Shown: positions 58,606-64,000 of the stretch, one piece after another
Position numbering within the stretch: position 1 is the stretch's first letter
Layout: every line of letters begins with the position of its first letter
Assembly (NCBI GenBank): GCA_027492205.1
Contig: JAOZFN010000014.1
Span: 64,542-128,541 of the forward strand
Length of the DNA: 64,000 nucleotides
Direction of reading: 5' to 3'
Origin: Thermoproteota archaeon
Lineage (GTDB): Archaea > Korarchaeota > Korarchaeia > Korarchaeales > Korarchaeaceae
Position numbers and translations under genes: made by a program
Notes under the pieces: model-generated
Database searches by the model: none
What the model was told of the DNA's origin: nothing
The model's input: the letters and a program-made list of their open reading frames with translations, nothing else

Positions 58606-59778
58606 TCATTTGTAGACGTGCGCGCCTCCCTTGGGCATCATCTCCGTAGATCCGCCCCTCTCGGGGGAACCCCGGGCGCCCCGCATCCGAAGGTTGAGGG
58701 CCGCGGCCTCGTCCCTGTCGACGATCAGCCCGCAGCCCTCGCACCGCATGAGCCTGCCCCGATAGGCCAGCAATCGGCCTGAGCACACGGGGCAGGTCCT
58801 GGAGGAGTAGGCGGGGTTCACGAATTGCACGGGGAGGCCCAGCCACCTGGCCTTGTAGGCCAGCATGAACTGAAGCGTGCGAGCGTCCCACTTGCTGAGC
58901 CTCCGCCTGATCTCCCTCCTGCTGGCCCTCCCTCTCCTGGCAGTCCTCTCCTTTATGCCGCTCAGGTCCTCCAAGACGATCCCGTAGTTCAGCGAGGCCA
59001 GCTCCCTGACTATCCTGGTGGTCAGCTTGTGGAGGAAGTCCCTGACCCTGTTCCTCTCTCTTTTACTGTACTTCTCCATCAGCCTCCTGGACCTCCTCGG
59101 GTGGGTCCTCCTGAGCGCCTGTATCCTCCGGCGCTTCTCCTCGTAGACCCTGTGGATGTGGTAAAGTTCCCTTAAGTCGTACCTGATCACTCCGGATCTG
59201 TCCCTCGCCTCCGTCACGTTCGCCTCGTTCACGTCGAAGGCCGACCACCCCCTGACTTCCTTCTTCGGCTCTGCAGAGCGCTTGAACGTGATGTAGAGCC
59301 TGTCGTCCGTCATCAGCAGGCCGCCGATGGAGTCGTAGTCCCTGGGCAGGTGGTCGAACCCCGACAGGTCCACCTCTAGGTAGCGCCTCCTGGCCACTAC
59401 CCTGATGATCAGCTTGTTCTCCTTGACCCTGAACAGCGTGCTCTTGATGTAGACCATCCTCCTCGTTATCTCCGGTGGTCTCTTCGCCTTGCCCCTGTTG
59501 TGCAGCTTTATCCAACCCTTCACCAGGCCCATGACCGAGTTGATGGCGGAGTCGACGTAGTGGCTAGCGTAAGGCCAGTCCTTGAGCAGCTCTTTCCTGA
59601 TCTCGCGCCTCTCCCCGGCCCTCAGGCGGAGCCTGGCCTTTCCGCTAGGGCCGTAGGAGACGTGCGCCATCACAGCCTCCAGCGCCTTCCTCTTGACCTC
59701 TAGGTAGGCGTCTATGAGGTCTTTGGGAGCCTTTATGGGCACAGCGCAGCTCTTGATCGCCTCACTCCTCTGAGACAA
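58606..59778 (-). CDS. tnpB: TnpB RNA-guided endonuclease
   Basis: RuvC residues AFDVN, VLEDL and DRDEAAALNL; Zn finger SSRTCPVC...CEGC. Confidence 0.93.
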   Translation of the reverse strand: MSQRSEAIKSCAVPIKAPKDLIDAYLEVKRKALEAVMAHVSYGPSGKARLRLRAGERREIRKELLKDWPYASHYVDSAINSVMGLVKGWIKLHNRGKAKRPPEITRRMVYIKSTLFRVKENKLIIRVVARRRYLEVDLSGFDHLPRDYDSIGGLLMTDDRLYITFKRSAEPKKEVRGWSAFDVNEANVTEARDRSGVIRYDLRELYHIHRVYEEKRRRIQALRRTHPRRSRRLMEKYSKRERNRVRDFLHKLTTRIVRELASLNYGIVLEDLSGIKERTARRGRASRREIRRRLSKWDARTLQFMLAYKARWLGLPVQFVNPAYSSRTCPVCSGRLLAYRGRLMRCEGCGLIVDRDEAAALNLRMRGARGSPERGGSTEMMPKGGAHVYK

Positions 59779-60373
59779 GCTCCCTCACCCCCTGAACGAG
59801 CCTCCTGTACCTGTGGCTCCTCCTGCCGTAGAGCCTGCCAGCGAAGTGGGCTACTATCGCTATGAGATCCTCCACGAGCTCCTCCCTGGGAGCCCTCTCC
59901 CTCTCGTTGATCACCTCTATCTCAGCGCCGAACGCTTGGAAGAGCCTCCTCAGCGTCGAGAAGCCGAACCTGGTCAGCCTGTCCGGGTAAGTGACTATCA
60001 CCCTGCTGACTCTGCGCTCAGCGACCATGTCCAGCAGCCTCAAGTAGCCTCTACGCCGCTCGTTCAGCCCAGAGCCAACGTCAGTTATCACCTCGGCCAG
60101 CTCGTAGCCCCTCCGACTTGCGTGCTCCCCTATGGCCTGAACCTGCCTCTCCAGGTCATCCCTCTGAGACCTAGAGGACACCCTGGCGTAGCCCACCACA
60201 ACCCGTTCCTCGCTCAAACCGAGTACCCTCCTTATCTCCGACTCTGGAACCCTCCTCCTGCCACCCGGAGTGCGGATGCACCTGATCTTGCCTGATTTAT
60301 CCCACCGCTGGATCGTTCTGACTGAGACGCCCAGGATCTTGGCCGCCTCTCTCATTGTGTAGTGTCGTTCCAT
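59762..60373 (-). CDS. tnpA: IS607 TnpA serine recombinase with MerR-like HTH
   Basis: EAAKILGVSVRTIQRW, YARVSS, DVGSG, DRLTRFGF and ELVEDL. Confidence 0.95.
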   Translation of the reverse strand: MERHYTMREAAKILGVSVRTIQRWDKSGKIRCIRTPGGRRRVPESEIRRVLGLSEERVVVGYARVSSRSQRDDLERQVQAIGEHASRRGYELAEVITDVGSGLNERRRGYLRLLDMVAERRVSRVIVTYPDRLTRFGFSTLRRLFQAFGAEIEVINERERAPREELVEDLIAIVAHFAGRLYGRRSHRYRRLVQGVRELVSEE

Positions 60374-60573
60374 GTCAACCTATGAGTATATTTGACTATT
60401 GAGTATTTAACAGTTTCGTACGGCCGTGCCATCGTCGTGTCCAATCCCCCACATGGCTTCTCGTCGTGGTTTTCAGCGAAGTGATTTCCAGGGATCAGAG
60501 GGCGCCCTCGCGGGGGTTGACCCGTCGCCCGGTCGACCGGGCGGGCGGGGACGGGTAGTCCCCGCACACGTGC

Positions 60574-61494
60574 TCAGCGATCCCAGGCCGCCTCAACCCT
60601 GCCAGCCCCCTCCCTGGCGGAACGGTAGAGCCAGGCCAGGTCGGTGGCCGCGGATCTGCACCCACCCAGTCCGACGAACTCGACGTGCGGGACGGCCCAC
60701 CTCCTCAGGGTCGCGAACACCTCGGCCCTGTGGCGTGACAGCCTCTCCGAGAGGAGCCGCCAGCCATCGACGCCCTCCACGAGGACCGAGCCGTTCTCCG
60801 GGTCCACCAGCTCGGCGATCCCCCCGGGGGGCAGGGAGACCTCCGAGGGGTGCGACGAGATCGCGACGCCCAGGCCCCAGCCGACGGCGGAGAGGGCCGA
60901 CGCCAGGCCCTCGAACTCCCCCGGGTCGTGGGCCAGGTCGGTGATGAGCACGAGCGAGGCGCGCCTGCGGGAGAGCGAGGCAGCCGCCCGGGCGACCTGG
61001 CGGAGGTCGGCCGCGCCACCCGGCTCTGGCGTCTCGCAGAGCTCCCGAACAGCCGCCAGGGCGAGCTCCGACGGCGGCAGCCTCAGGGCGGTGAGCCGGT
61101 CGCCGAGGATCAGAAGGGTCGTGACGTCTCCCAGCCAGCCAGCCAGCGAGGCCAAGAGCGGGAGGGCGTAGAGCGCGGCGTGGAGCTTCTCGCCGAAGTC
61201 CATTGAGGGGGACGCGTCGAGGGCCAGCACAACCTCGAGCTGGCGCTCGGCCCGCCTCTCTCGAACGAGGAGTCTCATCCCGCCGTCCGATCCAATGGAC
61301 CGGCTCGAGAGCCTCCAGTCAATCAGCCTGAAGTCGTCACCTGGCTGGTAATCCCTGTAGTCGTCCCACTCGAGGCCGATCCCCCTGGCCCTTACCGGGG
61401 TGACGCCCACGGCGAGCGAGTCGGCGTGGACCCTGGCCATCTCGACGATGGCTACGGCCTCCCGGCAGACCCTCCTGGCCCCTCCCCCCGGCAC
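60574..61494 (-). CDS. DUF58 protein (MoxR-associated)
   Basis: GLEWDDYRDYQPGDDFRLIDWRLSSR, DASPSM and ITDL. Confidence 0.9.
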   Translation of the reverse strand: MPGGGARRVCREAVAIVEMARVHADSLAVGVTPVRARGIGLEWDDYRDYQPGDDFRLIDWRLSSRSIGSDGGMRLLVRERRAERQLEVVLALDASPSMDFGEKLHAALYALPLLASLAGWLGDVTTLLILGDRLTALRLPPSELALAAVRELCETPEPGGAADLRQVARAAASLSRRRASLVLITDLAHDPGEFEGLASALSAVGWGLGVAISSHPSEVSLPPGGIAELVDPENGSVLVEGVDGWRLLSERLSRHRAEVFATLRRWAVPHVEFVGLGGCRSAATDLAWLYRSAREGAGRVEAAWDR

Positions 61495-61578
61495 CTCCCC
61501 TCCCCACCGGGACCAAAAGTTAAGCGGCTCGCGCGGCGAGGGGTCACCCTTTTTTCGTCGCGATGGGAGGCTCCCCCC

Positions 61579-62277
61579 GTGAGATTCTACTCCGGCCGCG
61601 AGCTGTCCGGCGCGCCCGTGGTCGACAGCGAGGGGCTGGTCTACGGGCGGGCCTCTGGGCTTGAGGTCTCTGAGAGCGGGCTGCTCCTCAGGGTGACGGA
61701 GGTAGTCAGGGACCCGGAGACGGGGAGGGAGATGACCCACGAGAAGGGCCTCGTCCCCGTCGAGGAGATATCCGCGATAGCCGAGGGCCCCGGTGGACCG
61801 ATAGTGCTCCTCTCCACCCCGCGGGAGGCCTCCTATCGGGGGGCGAGGGTGGGGGAGCCAACCCCCGCGGACCTGGAGAGGGCCGTCGGCAGGGTGGCCG
61901 TCACGCTGGACGGCAGGGTTCTCGGAACCGTCTCGGAGATCGTGGTCGGTCCGGGGATCCCGGGCCTCAGGGTCAGGGCGTCCGCGGGCGAGGTGGCGTG
62001 GCTGAGGTTCCTCAGGGACCTCAGGTCAAGGCGCCCCGGGCTCGCCGCGAGGCTGGAGGCGAGGGTGGACCCGTACAAGAACCCGAGGGTGCCCGCCGAG
62101 AGGCTGGACGACCTGCTCAGGGCGCTCAGGGAGGAGGGCGCCGGCGAGGGGGAGGTGGAGGCGCTGAGGGGGTACGTGGAGGAGGTCGAGTCCGCCTCCG
62201 TGGACATCCCCTGGCCGAGGGTCGAGCGGGTGGGCGACGTGGTCCTGGTGGAGGGGGGCGAGTGGATTGGACCCTGA
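61579..62277 (+). CDS. PRC-barrel domain protein (two barrels)
   Basis: ELSGAPVVDSEGLVYG, AVGRVAVTLDGRVLGTVSEI and IPWPRVERVGDVVLV. Confidence 0.7.
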   Translation: MRFYSGRELSGAPVVDSEGLVYGRASGLEVSESGLLLRVTEVVRDPETGREMTHEKGLVPVEEISAIAEGPGGPIVLLSTPREASYRGARVGEPTPADLERAVGRVAVTLDGRVLGTVSEIVVGPGIPGLRVRASAGEVAWLRFLRDLRSRRPGLAARLEARVDPYKNPRVPAERLDDLLRALREEGAGEGEVEALRGYVEEVESASVDIPWPRVERVGDVVLVEGGEWIGP

Positions 62278-63322
62278 CGTCGCCGACGTGGCGAGCCGGA
62301 TACTGGACAGGCTGGCCAGCGTCCTGATTGGCATGGGGGAGGAGGTCAGGCTCACCTTGGCGGCCCTCCTCGCGAACGGGCACGTCCTTCTGGAGGGAGT
62401 CCCCGGCGTCGCCAAGACCACCGCGGTCAGGGGGCTGGCCAGGCTCCTGGGCCTGGACGGCCTGAGGGTCGAGCTGGACGGCGTTCCCTTCAGGGGCCTC
62501 AGCAGGATCCAGTGCACCCCAGACCTGATGCCCTCGGACGTGACCGGGAGCCTCGTGTTCAACCCGAAGGAGCTGAGGTTCGAGCCCAGGTTTGGGCCGG
62601 TCTTCTCGTACGTCCTGCTGGCAGACGAGATCAACAGGGCCATCCCCAGGACTCAGTCGGCCCTCCTCCAGGCCATGCAGGAGAGGGAGGTCACCATAGG
62701 CGACAGGACCTACCCCCTGGAGGACAGGTCCAGGGGGAAGTTCTTCTTCGTCCTCGCGACTCAGAACCCCGTAGAACAAGAGGGTACCTATCCCCTCCCA
62801 GAAGCCCAGCTGGACAGGTTCCTCATGAGGGTGATCGTCGGATACCCCAGGAACCTGGAGGAGGAGAAGGCCGTGCTGAGGCTCCACTCCAAGAGGCTGA
62901 CGGAGCCCGTTCTCGACTTGGATCCGGTCGTGGAGCCAGGGTGGGTCGTGAGGGCGCAGGATGAGATAGCGAGAGGAGTCGAGGCGTCTGAGGAGACCCT
63001 GGAGTACGTGACCAGGCTGGTCCGCTATACCAGGCCGGAGTCCTTCGAGCCGGTCAGGGGCCTGCTGACCCTCGGGGCCAGCCCTCGGGCCGGTATAGCC
63101 CTGCTCCGGGCGGCAAAGGCTCACGCTGCCCTCAGGGGGTCGGACACGGCGGATCCCGACGACGTCGACGCTGTCTCGTTCGCGGTCCTGAACCACAGGC
63201 TGATTCCAGACCCGAGGAGGCTGGTGGAGCTCAGGCTCTCGGGTGAGGGCTACTCCTCCCGGTACGAACTGGTGAGGGAGGCCATAGGTCTGGCCTCGAG
63301 GGCCGCGAGAGGGGCCCTCTGA
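62267..63322 (+). CDS. moxR: MoxR-family AAA+ ATPase
   Basis: GHVLLEGVPGVAKT, RIQCTPDLMPSD, LADEINRA and ATQNPVEQEGTYPLPEAQLDRF. Confidence 0.95.
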   Translation: MDPDVADVASRILDRLASVLIGMGEEVRLTLAALLANGHVLLEGVPGVAKTTAVRGLARLLGLDGLRVELDGVPFRGLSRIQCTPDLMPSDVTGSLVFNPKELRFEPRFGPVFSYVLLADEINRAIPRTQSALLQAMQEREVTIGDRTYPLEDRSRGKFFFVLATQNPVEQEGTYPLPEAQLDRFLMRVIVGYPRNLEEEKAVLRLHSKRLTEPVLDLDPVVEPGWVVRAQDEIARGVEASEETLEYVTRLVRYTRPESFEPVRGLLTLGASPRAGIALLRAAKAHAALRGSDTADPDDVDAVSFAVLNHRLIPDPRRLVELRLSGEGYSSRYELVREAIGLASRAARGAL

Positions 63323-63751
63323 GGTCTCAACGGCATCTTCGACGGTCACCTCGCCGGTGAGGCCACCGCCTCTAAGTGAGTCGAGCATATGTCTGTCGTG
63401 ACACAGGGGGCGGGATGTCAGTCGCGTGGGAGTCCACCTACCTCGGGACCGGGGGAAGGAGCACGCCGAGTCGGCCCCGCAGATCGTAAAAGAGGCCTCA
63501 GACCGCCTGAGAACGCGGGGCGTACACCGGACGGGCCAAGCGCGGTGACTAATGTGAATTAACAGTGTGGACCCCCGCCTGCCATTGTCAGGCTAGGGAT
63601 GTTGCCGGAGGGGGCGGGGCGGTCTCTGAACCTGGTTACACCCCTGCGTCCATCCACAGCCGTCGAGCCCCTCCTCCGGAGTACGCCTCACCCAACTTTA
63701 TTACTCGCCCAACGAGATCTAACCCAGCGATGGGTTAGCCGGTGATCGATC

Positions 63752-64000
63752 TTGTCTGTAACAGACTCTACACTGAAGGAGAGGATCCTGAACCTCCTCA
63801 AGCGAGATGAGGAGTTCAGGTACGCGATCGCTGGGCTCATAGGCTACGGCGACGTGCTGCGCAGGCTGGAGGAGCACGACCGCAAGTTCAACGAGATGCT
63901 TGAGGAGCTCAGGTCCCACAGGCGCCTGCTGGAGGAGCACTCCAGGAGGTTCGAGAGCATAGAGCGAAGGCTGGAGGAGCACGACCGCAAGTTCAACGAG
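63752..64000 (+). CDS. Archaeal coiled-coil repeat protein (DUF3782-like), partial
   Basis: Hand translation from TTG 63752 after a GGTGAT RBS gives LKERILNLLKRDEEFRYAIAGLIG...RLEEHDRKFNE twice; runs off the window end. Confidence 0.8.
   Translation, partial: MSVTDSTLKERILNLLKRDEEFRYAIAGLIGYGDVLRRLEEHDRKFNEMLEELRSHRRLLEEHSRRFESIERRLEEHDRKFNE

Larger units (their letters stand above)
58588..60425 (-). mobile_element. IS607-family insertion sequence (tnpA serine recombinase + tnpB); ends approximate
   Basis: Overlapping tnpA-tnpB; AT-rich left end 60374-60420 with a repeated ATACTCA; no terminal inverted repeats seen, as expected for IS607. Confidence 0.88.

Noticed and set aside
63863-64000. 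33-bp repeats considered as the start of a CRISPR array
   Set aside because: They lie in frame within a coiled-coil ORF, and the 72-bp interval is itself a degenerate coding repeat.
1-64000. tRNA, rRNA, CRISPR arrays, integrase or provirus genes
   Set aside because: None recognised on reading; a tRNAscan-SE/Infernal run would be needed to exclude split or intron-containing tRNAs.

Overview
GC-rich archaeal chromosomal window, probably from a thermophilic Thermoproteota/Korarchaeota-like lineage (inferred from AGG/ATA codon use, GTG/TTG starts, TATA-like promoters, T-tract terminators and gene families). It has four parts. (1) About 1-17.5 kb is mostly housekeeping and metabolism: sdhA/sdhC, MobB-like, PadR, MDP-1, AKR, an orphan SPPY methyltransferase, CruF, a protoglobin, a deoxyhypusine-synthase + PLP-decarboxylase pair, a frameshifted MFS gene and a box C/D sRNA. 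(2) About 18-42 kb is a decaying accessory region with roughly ten toxin-antitoxin modules (MNT/HEPN, AbrB/PIN), pseudogenes, an ABC-2 exporter and four secreted carbohydrate-active-like proteins. (3) About 42-52 kb holds pncA, AlkA, a YgeW-like carbamoyltransferase, trpB2 coupled to a compact ParB/SerK-like kinase, and a full ECF transporter. (4) About 52-64 kb is a MoxR-DUF58-vWA-vWA locus split by a VapBC pair and an apparently intact IS607 (tnpA+tnpB). The best candidates for new biology are the mini-SerK-TrpB2 operon (indole salvage with its own O-phosphoserine supply), the DHS + atypical decarboxylase pair, and the secreted polysaccharide-enzyme set inside the TA-dense region. No CRISPR array, rRNA or tRNA was seen. 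All calls come from motif recognition by eye; no database searches were run.
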